Shown here: positions 21,520-30,721 of the stretch, piece by piece | Position numbering within the stretch: position 1 is the first letter of the stretch | Layout: every line of letters starts with the position of its first letter | Source: an uncultured Gammaproteobacteria bacterium | GTDB lineage: Bacteria > Patescibacteriota > Microgenomatia > Levybacterales > GWA1-39-11 | Direction: 5' to 3' | NCBI GenBank assembly: GCA_964651815.1 | Contig: CAZYWG010000003.1 | Location: 52,531 to 116,530 of the forward strand | Length of the DNA: 64,000 nucleotides | Translations under genes and position numbers: made by a program | The notes under the pieces: generated by a model | Seen by the model: only the letters and a program-made list of their open reading frames with translations | What the model was told of the DNA's origin: nothing | Database searches by the model: none

Positions 21520-22716
21520 CTATTGGATTTGCGAAATTAATGCATAAATTGGAGTTATAACCGAGAGTATTAAGAATCCAACGGAAATACCTAGTGAAAT
21601 TATCAAAATAGGCTCAATCGCAGTTGTAAGAGTTTTGATTCTTACATCCAAATCACGTTCAAAATATTCTGATATTTTATTTAAACTGTCATCAATTTTT
21701 CCTGTTGATTCACCAACTTTAGCCATTTGGATAAGCATCGAGGGAAAAATATTTGTACTTTGCATAGCATCAGACAAAGAAATACCTTTTTCAACTAGCT
21801 CGCTTGTTGAAAGAATTGCAGTTTTGTACCAATAATTGTCCGCTACATTTGCAACAATATGAAGACTTTCAATTATAGATGCACCTGAAGCAACAAGTAG
21901 AGACAGAGTCCTTGATATTTCATTTAACGTGGAAAGCCTAATTATTTGTCCAAAAACTGGTAGTCTTAACTTGACTTTGTCAATTATTTTGATACCTTCT
22001 TCTGTTTTTTTAAATCTTTTATACAAAAAAACACCTACAACACCAAAAAGTATTCCGGGGATATAAAATGTTGTGAAGAATTTAGAAAAACCAAGTACTA
22101 TTCTAGTTGTGAGTGGAAGATTTAAATTTAAGTTTTGATACAAGCTCCCAAGTTGCGGAATAACAAAAACATTCATGATAATAATTACTACAATAACTCC
22201 CGTTATAACTATGGCCGGGTAAACAAGTGCCGACCTAACTTTCTTTTGGAGGTCATCTGATTTTTCAAGGTTATCAGCGAGTCTGCCTAGTACTTTATCA
22301 AGTAATCCGCCCTTTTCTGCGGCCTTAATAAGCGCTATATAAAGATTTGAAAAATAGGGCCTATGTATAGACAAGGCGTCAGAAAATGAAGTCCCTTCTG
22401 AAATTTGCACTATTAAATCATTTATTATTTCCTGCATTCCTTGACTTTGAACTTGGTCTTTGAGTATTTTCAATGACTCCATAAGCGTGAGGCCCGTTAG
22501 CGCCATAGATGAAAGCTGACGCGTGAAAATAATGATATCCGAGTTTTTAACTTTTTTAAAAAAGAGAAATCCCGAAGTATCATCTATTTTTCTTACGGAC
22601 AAAGGGGTGATGTTGGCAGTGCGTAAAAAATCTATAACCTCACGCTCGTTATTTGCTTCAATTTTTCCTTTTGCTTTGAGTGAATTTTTGTCAACTCCTG
22701 TGTAGATAAATTGCAT
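21520..22716 (-). CDS. pilC: type IV pilus inner-membrane platform protein PilC (GspF family)
   Basis: 398 aa; two T2SSF-type repeats with TM segments; adjacent to pilT and pilB. Confidence 0.85.
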   Translation of the reverse strand: MQFIYTGVDKNSLKAKGKIEANNEREVIDFLRTANITPLSVRKIDDTSGFLFFKKVKNSDIIIFTRQLSSMALTGLTLMESLKILKDQVQSQGMQEIINDLIVQISEGTSFSDALSIHRPYFSNLYIALIKAAEKGGLLDKVLGRLADNLEKSDDLQKKVRSALVYPAIVITGVIVVIIIMNVFVIPQLGSLYQNLNLNLPLTTRIVLGFSKFFTTFYIPGILFGVVGVFLYKRFKKTEEGIKIIDKVKLRLPVFGQIIRLSTLNEISRTLSLLVASGASIIESLHIVANVADNYWYKTAILSTSELVEKGISLSDAMQSTNIFPSMLIQMAKVGESTGKIDDSLNKISEYFERDLDVRIKTLTTAIEPILIISLGISVGFLILSVITPIYALISQIQ

Positions 22717-22719
22717 AAG

Positions 22720-23784
22720 TTAGCCGAGAAGTTGCATAAATGTATCCATCCTTAGAGCATAGGTGCGTGCCGTTTCGAGGGAAATTCTTCCTTCTCTAAC
22801 TAAAATTGCAAGAGAAGATTCAAGAGGAATCATGCCGATGTCTTGAGACGTTTCTATTATAGAATCAATAAGATGAGTTTTTGACTCACGAATGTTAGAC
22901 CTAACGGCGTTGTTTGCAATTAACACCTCGCATGCCGCTACCCGCCCGCCGTCAATTCTAGGTATTAGGCGCTGGGAAATAATCCCTCCAAGAGACGCGG
23001 CAAGCTGCGTCCTTATTTGATTTTGTTGTCTGTCAGGGAATGAATCAATTATTCTATCAATACTTTGCGCGGCAGAATTTGTGTGAAGTGTTGAAAAAAC
23101 CAAGTGACCTGTCTCGGCCACAGTAATTGCTGACGCAATACTTTCAGGATCTCTCATTTCACCAATTAACAAAACGTCAGGATCTTCACGCAAGGAACTT
23201 TTGAGCGATTCCCCCCAGGAAAGAGTATCTATGCCTACTTCTCTTTGAGAAATAATGCTTTTTCCCTTTGGGTAAACATATTCAATAGGATCTTCAACAG
23301 TTACAATGTTTCTTGCATCTGTTGTATTAATTTCATTAATTATTGAGGCAATGGTAGTTGATTTGCCGTGTCCTGTGGGTCCTGTGACTAGAATAAACCC
23401 TTGTCTCAACTTAGCAAATTCATGGCAAATTTGCGGAATATTGAGTTCTTCAATGGTTTTGACGCGCGCCGGCAATAAACGGAAAGCCCCGGCAATTGTT
23501 CCCCTCTGGTAATAAAGATTTATTCTGAAACGCCCTAATGCCCCATAATCTCCTCCACCGTAGCCGTAAGAAAAATCTATACATCTATTAACGGCAAGCA
23601 TTTCTTTTTGTGCAGGACTTATTATCGAAAAAACAAGCTCCTCAATGTCTTTTTCTGTCAAAGGTTGGTAATTAAGTGAAACGAGTTTGCCATCAACTCT
23701 TATTGTTGGTACAACACCAACAACAAGGTGCAAATCCGACGCGTTTGCCCCAATAGTTTTATCGAAAAGTTCACTTATAGTCAT
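22720..23784 (-). CDS. pilT: twitching-motility retraction ATPase PilT
   Basis: 354 aa; Walker A GPTGHGKSTT, and the PilT-specific C-terminal AVRSNIRESKTHLID (AIRNLIRE motif). Confidence 0.85.
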   Translation of the reverse strand: MTISELFDKTIGANASDLHLVVGVVPTIRVDGKLVSLNYQPLTEKDIEELVFSIISPAQKEMLAVNRCIDFSYGYGGGDYGALGRFRINLYYQRGTIAGAFRLLPARVKTIEELNIPQICHEFAKLRQGFILVTGPTGHGKSTTIASIINEINTTDARNIVTVEDPIEYVYPKGKSIISQREVGIDTLSWGESLKSSLREDPDVLLIGEMRDPESIASAITVAETGHLVFSTLHTNSAAQSIDRIIDSFPDRQQNQIRTQLAASLGGIISQRLIPRIDGGRVAACEVLIANNAVRSNIRESKTHLIDSIIETSQDIGMIPLESSLAILVREGRISLETARTYALRMDTFMQLLG

Positions 23785-23834
23785 AAATAGTTATTAATAG
23801 TTTAATGTCTTTTAACTTATCTCTTACTTCTTAA

Positions 23835-25667
23835 TTACTCCTGCGCCACTCTCAAAATTTCATCCATAGTCGAAATTCCTTCCAGAACCTTAAGATATCC
23901 ATCCTGTTTCATTGTTACCATTCCCTCCGCTTTTGCTTGATTCTCTATCTCTGTCGCATCGCTTTTGTTTAAAATTAACCTTGCAACTTTTTCGCTCACC
24001 TGTAAGACTTCAAAAATCCCTACCCTTCCAATATAACCCGTATGCCCGCAAATATCACATCCCTGACCTTGGTAAAGCCTTATCTCCGATTCGGGTATAG
24101 TCAAAAGACTCCCCAAATTTTTTTTGAGTTCTTCAATCAAAGCGCGAGCAGGTAGATAGTCTTTTTTACAATTTTGGCAAACCTTTCTTGCAATTCGCTG
24201 CCCTACAATTGCGTTCATTGTGGATGCAATCAGGAAAGGTTCTGCGCCCATGTCAATCAAACGCGGGAGCGCGCCTGAAGCGTTTGAAGTATGGATTGTT
24301 GAAAATACTAAATGTCCGGTAAGTGAAGCCTGAATAGCAAGATCTGTCGTTTCTTTATCACGAATTTCACCAACAAGTATGATATTTGGATCTTGTCGTA
24401 AAAAAGAGCGCAATCCTGTTGCAAAAGTGAGACCTACATCAGGATTGATTTGGACTTGGTTTGCCCCCGAAATTTGATATTCCACAGGGTCTTCAAGTGT
24501 GACAATGTTGACTCGTGTTGTATTGAGTTTTGATAACACAGAGTACAAGCTGGTGGTTTTCCCAGAACCTGTTGGTCCACAAACAAGAATTATACCGTGC
24601 GGTCTTAAGATTGAGGCTTCAAGTGACCGCAGCCCTGTTCCTCGCAATCCAAGCTCGGCAAGCGTTGGGACTCCTCCTGATTTTTTGAGAAGTCGCATAA
24701 CAATTTTTTCACCAAATGAAATAGGCAATGTGCTCACGCGGAGATCTACCTCTTCATTCCCAAATTTAAAATTGAAACGTCCATCTTGGGGTATCCTATG
24801 TTCGTCAATTTTCATGTCGGAAAGAATTTTAATTCTCGAAAGTACTGCTTCTTTTACGGCAAGAGGTAACGCAAGCCTTTCATACAATATTCCGTCAATT
24901 CTGTATCTTACGCGAATTCTGTCTTCTTGAGGCTCCAGATGTACGTCTGACGCCTTACTTTTTATTGCATATTCAAGAATTGTTGAAACAATTTTTGCAA
25001 TTGGAGCCTCTTTAATTACGTCACTTATCGAGTTTTTATCAAATGTTTTTACTCCTGTTATTTCTTCCGTTTCTTTAAGCGCGGCTTTTACATCTCCAAC
25101 AAGTCCAAACGTATACTGATTCTGTATGGCAGTTTTGATTTCGCCCGGGATAGCCTGAAATGTTAAGATAATCTTGTTTGTTTTTTGCTTAAGAAAGTTA
25201 ACTGTTTCAAGGTCAAGTGGATCCCCCATTGCAATAGACAACGTATTTTTTTCTTTGTCATATGCAAATGGAATAATATTAAATCTGTCTGCAACTGCTT
25301 TATTTACATAACTCATTGATTCCGGGGAAAAAGGAAGATTTGCAACTGAAACAAACGGTATTCCAATTAATTTTGCCCGGGTTTCATAAAAAATTTCATC
25401 ACTTACAAATTTTGAATCAAGCAAGACTTTATCAACGGGTAATTCTTTTTGGACTGCCGCGAATTTAACCTTATCGTATTGTTCTTGATTAATTGCTCCA
25501 TCATGGAAAAGTATGCCGGCAATGTCTTTCCCCTGCGCCTGAGAGGAAGCTCCGGCAGTCTGAGCTTGCGAAGTTTGATTTGAAATTGGATTGTTTTGGG
25601 CAGGATCCATAATTTTTGCTACTCGTTTTTCGTCATTTGTTTTTTTGTGCCTAAACTCACAACACAA
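23835..25667 (-). CDS. pilB: type IV pilus assembly ATPase PilB (GspE family)
   Basis: 610 aa; Walker A GPTGSGKTT, tetracysteine Zn motif CQNCKK...CDICGHTG, and an N-terminal GspE_N-like domain. Confidence 0.85.
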   Translation of the reverse strand: MCCEFRHKKTNDEKRVAKIMDPAQNNPISNQTSQAQTAGASSQAQGKDIAGILFHDGAINQEQYDKVKFAAVQKELPVDKVLLDSKFVSDEIFYETRAKLIGIPFVSVANLPFSPESMSYVNKAVADRFNIIPFAYDKEKNTLSIAMGDPLDLETVNFLKQKTNKIILTFQAIPGEIKTAIQNQYTFGLVGDVKAALKETEEITGVKTFDKNSISDVIKEAPIAKIVSTILEYAIKSKASDVHLEPQEDRIRVRYRIDGILYERLALPLAVKEAVLSRIKILSDMKIDEHRIPQDGRFNFKFGNEEVDLRVSTLPISFGEKIVMRLLKKSGGVPTLAELGLRGTGLRSLEASILRPHGIILVCGPTGSGKTTSLYSVLSKLNTTRVNIVTLEDPVEYQISGANQVQINPDVGLTFATGLRSFLRQDPNIILVGEIRDKETTDLAIQASLTGHLVFSTIHTSNASGALPRLIDMGAEPFLIASTMNAIVGQRIARKVCQNCKKDYLPARALIEELKKNLGSLLTIPESEIRLYQGQGCDICGHTGYIGRVGIFEVLQVSEKVARLILNKSDATEIENQAKAEGMVTMKQDGYLKVLEGISTMDEILRVAQE

Positions 25668-25732
25668 AAAAACGACGAGCGAATCGCGGTTAGCTAATTC
25701 AATCGTACGAAATATATTGATATAATGTCAAT

Positions 25733-26371
25733 ATGCGTGCATATGTTTTAATTGGTGGTCAGTCTCAAAAAGAAAAGTACATTTCCGAATTCGTTCAAAA
25801 AAACCATGTTATGCCCTACTATATATATAGATATACTGAGTCATTGAAAATATTGGAGGCAAAAGATATAAAGAAAAAACTCGCCGTGAGTTCTTCGAGC
25901 CAGAAATTATTCATTATAGAATCAGTTCCCACACTTGAATCGCAAAATGCATTACTTAAAACTATTGAAGAATTGCCAGAGGACGCTGACTTTATGTTTT
26001 TAGACGGATCAGGACTTTTGCCGACTGTTGTATCAAGATGCACAATTATAAATTTAGAGCCTGAGCAAATACTTTCGTCGGGGGAATTGGAAACATTGCT
26101 TTCAAATTTATTGGAAAGCAATGCAAGCTATAATTTGCCTTCGGTTATGTTATTTGTTGATAAATTTTCTGAGAAAGATTTTGAAATTGAAGAAATAGAA
26201 CGTGCAATGAGAGAAATAATGTTTAAATTTATAAATACCAAAAATTACTCCTCTGCCCTTTTGGCAGAAAAATTACTGAAAAAATTAATTGATAAAAATT
26301 TGCTTATCAAATACAATAATTTAAACAAACGACTTGTCTTGGAAACGATCTTTCTAAATAATCTTCGATAA
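25733..26371 (+). CDS. hypothetical soluble protein (no recognised motif)
   Basis: 212 aa ORF divergent from pilB and immediately upstream of the pilin array; no TM and no recognisable motif. Confidence 0.4.
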   Translation: MRAYVLIGGQSQKEKYISEFVQKNHVMPYYIYRYTESLKILEAKDIKKKLAVSSSSQKLFIIESVPTLESQNALLKTIEELPEDADFMFLDGSGLLPTVVSRCTIINLEPEQILSSGELETLLSNLLESNASYNLPSVMLFVDKFSEKDFEIEEIERAMREIMFKFINTKNYSSALLAEKLLKKLIDKNLLIKYNNLNKRLVLETIFLNNLR

Positions 26372-26391
26372 ATCAAGGCTAAATTGCCCTA

Positions 26392-26420
26392 TTGACAATG
26401 TATTATGTTTATGGTTATTA
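26392..26420 (+). promoter_or_regulatory. candidate sigma70-like promoter for first pilin (TTGACA -35; weak TTATTA -10)
   Basis: Canonical TTGACA at 26392-26397 with 17-bp spacing to TTATTA at 26415-26420, about 12 bp before the probable pilin ATG at 26432. Confidence 0.3.
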
Positions 26421-26431
26421 TTAATTACAAC

Positions 26432-26956
26432 ATGAAAACTGCTCAATTCGCTAAAGCAAATCTTCGCAAAGGATTCACTCTTATTGAACTTCTTGTAGTC
26501 ATTGCAATCTTAGCTGTTTTGGCAGTAATAGTTTTGACTGTAATAAACCCGGGTAACAGAATTGCATCTGGTAAAAATGCAAGAGTTAGGGCAGATCTTG
26601 CGTCAATTGGACGAGGTGCTACTCTATTTTACTCTGATACTAGCTCTCCTCAGAGTCCTGCTTGTACTCTCCCCGGTTCATATCCTGACGCATTTGGAGT
26701 TACCGCTGCAGGATGTACACAGATTGCATTTCAGGCAACCGTGAATGATCCTGATGGATCTGCATATGTTATAAATAAAACTCCTCCAACTTGTACCGCT
26801 GGTGGAACTACTGCTTGCACAGGATTTGCAATAGCAGGTCCGGCATACACTGACAACGTAATAAACGCAGGTTCACTTAAGGCATGGTGTTGGCAAGCTA
26901 AGACCGGAACAATAACTCAAGTAACAGATAAAACAACTACAAACTGCGCCCCATAA
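26432..26956 (+). CDS. type IV pilin (major pilin candidate A)
   Basis: Class III signal MKTAQFAKANLRKG|FTLIELLVVIAILAVLAV with Glu at +5. The ORF track starts at 26405, but the in-frame ATG at 26432 gives a 14-aa leader. C-terminus has 6 cysteines, 4 in the shared tail. Confidence 0.8.
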   Translation: MKTAQFAKANLRKGFTLIELLVVIAILAVLAVIVLTVINPGNRIASGKNARVRADLASIGRGATLFYSDTSSPQSPACTLPGSYPDAFGVTAAGCTQIAFQATVNDPDGSAYVINKTPPTCTAGGTTACTGFAIAGPAYTDNVINAGSLKAWCWQAKTGTITQVTDKTTTNCAP

Positions 26957-26980
26957 ATAATTGGAGTTGATAAAGAGTCA

Positions 26981-27004
26981 AGCCGGGTTTGCCCGGTTTT
27001 TTTA
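26981..27004 (+). terminator. rho-independent terminator after pilin A
   Basis: CCGGGtttgCCCGG hairpin followed by TTTTTTTATTT, 25 bp after the pilin stop. Confidence 0.55.
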
Positions 27005-27269
27005 TTTGCAAGAAAAATATTTGGTGCGATGCTTTCCATAAATAAGAAAGTTGGAATCAGACTTATACTTCACAATGAAAAACTTTTTATTTTAAATTTT
27101 GAGTTTTTCAGTAAATTAAACCTTGAGAGTAATTTCTAAGTCACAAAGTACAAGCAAAATAGTTCTTGGATTAATTTTATAAGCGCAGGTACCTTCAGTT
27201 TCTTATGGAGCTTGACACCTATCTTGATTTATGTTTTGCTTATTGTAGGTATTAAATATGTAACTTACA

Positions 27270-27833
27270 TTGGTTATGGAATTTATGGGATTTGCACAAA
27301 AGAAAAAGTATTTATCATTTCTTAGTTCTCATTTCTTAGTTGCCAAAGGATTCACCCTTATTGAACTTCTTGTAGTCATTGCAATATTAGCAGTATTGGC
27401 AGTAATAGTTTTGACAGTAATAAATCCGGGTAAAAGAATTGCATCAGGTAAAAATGCAAGAGTTAGGGCAGATCTCGCGTCAATTGGCCGTGCGGCTACA
27501 CTCTTTTACACCGATACTGCTTCGCCTCAAAACCCCACTTGTACTACCCCAAGTTCATATCCAGAAGCATTTGGAGTTACTGCTGGAGGATGCGGTACAA
27601 AGGTTGCATTTCAGGCAACTGTAAATGACCCTGATGGATCTGCATATACTATAAATGTTCCTACTGGGTGTTCTGCTAGTGGAGCAACAGCCTGCACAGG
27701 ATTTGCAATTGCAGGTCCGGCATACACTGACAACGTAATAAACGCAGGTTCACTTAAAGCATGGTGTTGGCAAGCAAAGACCGGAACAGTAACTCAGGTA
27801 ACAGATAAAACAACCACAAACTGCGCCCCATAA
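27270..27833 (+). CDS. type IV pilin (paralog B of pilin A)
   Basis: KG|FTLIELLVVIAILAVLAV prepilin motif. N-terminal about 60 aa and C-terminal about 50 aa are near-identical to pilin A (...TGFAIAGPAYTDNVINAGSLKAWCWQAKTGT[I/V]TQVTDKTTTNCAP) with a divergent middle. Confidence 0.8.
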   Translation: MVMEFMGFAQKKKYLSFLSSHFLVAKGFTLIELLVVIAILAVLAVIVLTVINPGKRIASGKNARVRADLASIGRAATLFYTDTASPQNPTCTTPSSYPEAFGVTAGGCGTKVAFQATVNDPDGSAYTINVPTGCSASGATACTGFAIAGPAYTDNVINAGSLKAWCWQAKTGTVTQVTDKTTTNCAP

Positions 27834-27920
27834 ATATCAAACGTTTTCTTGACAACATATTAAGTTCTTGTTTAAACTTATTAAGATCTTGCTTAAACTA
27901 AAAGAAGGTACGTACAATTT

Positions 27921-28496
27921 ATGAAATCGCCTAAAAAACTCTCATCTACTATTTCTCATTTCTCACCTCAAAAAAGATTTGTCCTGAGCTTGCCTGCGGG
28001 ATTCACCCTTATTGAACTTCTTGTAGTCATTGCAATCTTAGCAGTATTGGCAGGAATGGTTTTATTAATAATAAATCCTGGCAAAAGAATTGCTTCATCA
28101 AAAGATGCAAATGTTAAATCTGACATCACAACCCTAGCTGTTGCTTTGCAAGGTTATTACACGGCTCAAGCTTCCACGCAATATACCACCACTTTAGATG
28201 GTTTGGTAACGTCAGGTGAATTAAAATCGGTGCCGAAACAGCAATCAGGAAATATTACTTGTCCTGCTGCTGCTGCTGGTTCTACGCTGAATGTTTCTGG
28301 GACGGCGGGTACGACTGGTTATTATTATTGCTATTATACGGTTACCGTGTCGGGCGCTGTGACTTCTGTAGCTGTCATGGGTAGTCTTTTCAACGTTGCT
28401 TCAAACACATGGCATTGTTGGGATTCAAATACCGGTGCATATAAATCTTCAACCACCGCTGCCCCAACAGTTGCCTCAAGCCAGCTAAGCTGTTAA
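27921..28496 (+). CDS. type IV pilin-like protein (S/T-rich)
   Basis: 27-aa leader then AG|FTLIELLVVIAILAVLAGMV; Ser/Thr/Gly-rich C-terminal domain with a Cys pair. Confidence 0.75.
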   Translation: MKSPKKLSSTISHFSPQKRFVLSLPAGFTLIELLVVIAILAVLAGMVLLIINPGKRIASSKDANVKSDITTLAVALQGYYTAQASTQYTTTLDGLVTSGELKSVPKQQSGNITCPAAAAGSTLNVSGTAGTTGYYYCYYTVTVSGAVTSVAVMGSLFNVASNTWHCWDSNTGAYKSSTTAAPTVASSQLSC

Positions 28497-28554
28497 ATCA
28501 TAACCTTGTTATACCGCGTATAAACAGGATAGGCGGATATATCAGCCAAACCAA

Positions 28555-30633
28555 TTGATTTCCCCTAATCCTACATATAGAATGGTAGATATTATAAAAG
28601 CACTTAAAAGCAACCGATGGTACTTAGAGTATTTGGCGATATTAATATTCTTAATTTTGGTGGGAATATTATACATTTTTAACTTAACACGAGATGTATG
28701 GGGGGATAGCGGAGACTTAGTTACTGCCGCTTACGTTTTTGGAGTTGCACACCCCTCCGGATACCCCCTGTTTACATTTCTTGGATACTTTTTTTCTCAT
28801 CTTCCACTACCTCAGCCTCCAGTATTTAGAGTTGGTTTGATTTCTGTATTTTCTTCCCTCTTAACTCTTTTTATTTTATTTAAACATTCGTTTAGGGTAA
28901 CTAAAAATATTGCAATGTCGCTTCTTACAGTATCAATACTCGCCTTTTCTTATTTATTTTGGTTTTATACAGAAGTACCCGATGTATTTGCTTTAAATAG
29001 TCTGTTTGCAGTGTTACTTATATTTCTAGCGACCCTTTTTTATCAGGAAAAAAAGATGAAATATCTATACCTTTTAGTATTCTTCTCTGCCCTATCGCTC
29101 ACACACCAGGAAACAATTATTCTGATATTCCCTTCCATAATATTTCTTGTTTTAAAAAGAACTGGCATCATAATCAAAAACAAACGTAACATAATCATTA
29201 TGTTTTTGTCGGCTTTATTGGGTTTTACTCCATTTCTTTATATACCAATTGCAGCAAGTCACAACCCAGTTATCAACTGGGATCACGCCTCAAACATCTC
29301 TAACTTTTTGTATTTAATTTTACGTAAAGATTACGGATCGGCCCCCGGAATTACAAGTAATTTTCCACTTTTTTATAAACTTTTTTTTATAAAGCACTAT
29401 TTTCAGTCAACTATAGAATCATTGACCCTACCAACTATTCTTATTTGCGTGGCTGGTGCTTTAAAGTTATTCAAGAAAGACAAGGGCTTATCCTTAAGCC
29501 TTGTGTTTGCGTTTATTTTGTCAGGACCTCTGTTTGCTCTTTATTTTTTTGTGTTTTATATACCTTATACCAATATACTTTATTGGCTGGGAGCGATTGA
29601 AAGATTTTATATATTGCCAACTTTAGTCCTTATGTTTTTCTTCCCTTACGGACTGATTTATGTAAATGAATTGCTGGATTCTAAGTTTTCCGAAATGTTT
29701 GGTAAATTTATATTTCTTGTATTATTTTTTATCCCATTGTTCTTATTAATAACCAATTATAAAACAGCCACGCTTTCATCATCACAAATTGGAAATAATT
29801 ATGCTAAAGATGTTCTTACTCCAGTTCCTAACAAAACTGCACTTTTAGTGGCAGGAGATAATCCTACCTTCAATTTGTGGTACTTGCATTTTGTTTTAGG
29901 TAAAAGAGCTGACGTAGATTTTATTCATGAGGGTGGCGTTGGAGGAGGGAGCATTATTTGGTTTAATGCTATGCAAGAATTTTTTAGACGTAAAGGTATT
30001 CAATCAGTTAATCTAAGTGACATATATAAATATAAAATAGACATATTTAAGCAGCTCGCAAGCAACAGACCCGTTTTAAGTACTGGAATTATAGATCTAG
30101 GAAATTCTGATTTGATTTGGGTTCCACTTGGGGTTACTTACATTCTTACAAAAAAATCTGATATTCCTTCTGAGAATGACTTCACTGCAGAAGTAGAAAA
30201 GGCTTGGAAAAAGATAAATTCTCCTACAAGAGATAATCTCCTGCCCTCAGAGCAAAATTTTATGATTGCTAAAATCGTAGAATATTATTCATCCGTCCTG
30301 TTTGACACCGGCAATTTTTACAAACTAGTTTTTAAGGATTATAAGATGGCCCAAAAGTATTATAAAAAAGCCGTTGAAATTGACCCAGAAAATCCGGATG
30401 CCTATAGTGAATTAGGTCTTGCATCATTTGAGTTAACAAAGAATTGTCGAGAAGCTGAAGAAGCCGAAAAAACAGCTATAGATCTTAGCTATAGTATCTT
30501 AAGTTCACCAAAACAATATTATGCAAATTTATATCTTATTTATAAAGCATGTAAGGACCAAAAAGGAATGAACCCGCTAATAAATGAATATAATTCAGCC
30601 TTCCATGAAGATATTAAAAAGAATTTTAAATAA
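28555..30633 (+). CDS. GT-C fold membrane glycosyltransferase-like protein (DUF2723/PMT-like) with C-terminal TPR domain
   Basis: 692 aa. About 11 TM helices; acidic first-loop motif DVWGDSGD similar to the DE/DD motif of GT-C (PMT/ArnT/TMEM260-like) enzymes. Soluble C-terminal TPR-like repeats (AQKYYKKAVEIDPENPDAYSELGLA). Lies between pilin genes and pilD. Confidence 0.55.
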   Translation: MISPNPTYRMVDIIKALKSNRWYLEYLAILIFLILVGILYIFNLTRDVWGDSGDLVTAAYVFGVAHPSGYPLFTFLGYFFSHLPLPQPPVFRVGLISVFSSLLTLFILFKHSFRVTKNIAMSLLTVSILAFSYLFWFYTEVPDVFALNSLFAVLLIFLATLFYQEKKMKYLYLLVFFSALSLTHQETIILIFPSIIFLVLKRTGIIIKNKRNIIIMFLSALLGFTPFLYIPIAASHNPVINWDHASNISNFLYLILRKDYGSAPGITSNFPLFYKLFFIKHYFQSTIESLTLPTILICVAGALKLFKKDKGLSLSLVFAFILSGPLFALYFFVFYIPYTNILYWLGAIERFYILPTLVLMFFFPYGLIYVNELLDSKFSEMFGKFIFLVLFFIPLFLLITNYKTATLSSSQIGNNYAKDVLTPVPNKTALLVAGDNPTFNLWYLHFVLGKRADVDFIHEGGVGGGSIIWFNAMQEFFRRKGIQSVNLSDIYKYKIDIFKQLASNRPVLSTGIIDLGNSDLIWVPLGVTYILTKKSDIPSENDFTAEVEKAWKKINSPTRDNLLPSEQNFMIAKIVEYYSSVLFDTGNFYKLVFKDYKMAQKYYKKAVEIDPENPDAYSELGLASFELTKNCREAEEAEKTAIDLSYSILSSPKQYYANLYLIYKACKDQKGMNPLINEYNSAFHEDIKKNFK

Positions 30634-30721
30634 ATCATAAGGGGCGTTTTTTACTACTTGCTTTTATATATTGTTTTTGGCTGGGGTTTACATTTACAAA
30701 ACATTATCTTAAACTTTTAAA

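Noticed and set aside
26405-28496. Possible CRISPR array or other repeat array, suggested by repeated near-identical segments
   Set aside because: The repeats are the conserved 5' and 3' ends of paralogous pilin genes (hundreds of bp, coding), not short regular repeat-spacer units. No CRISPR-like periodicity was found anywhere in the window.
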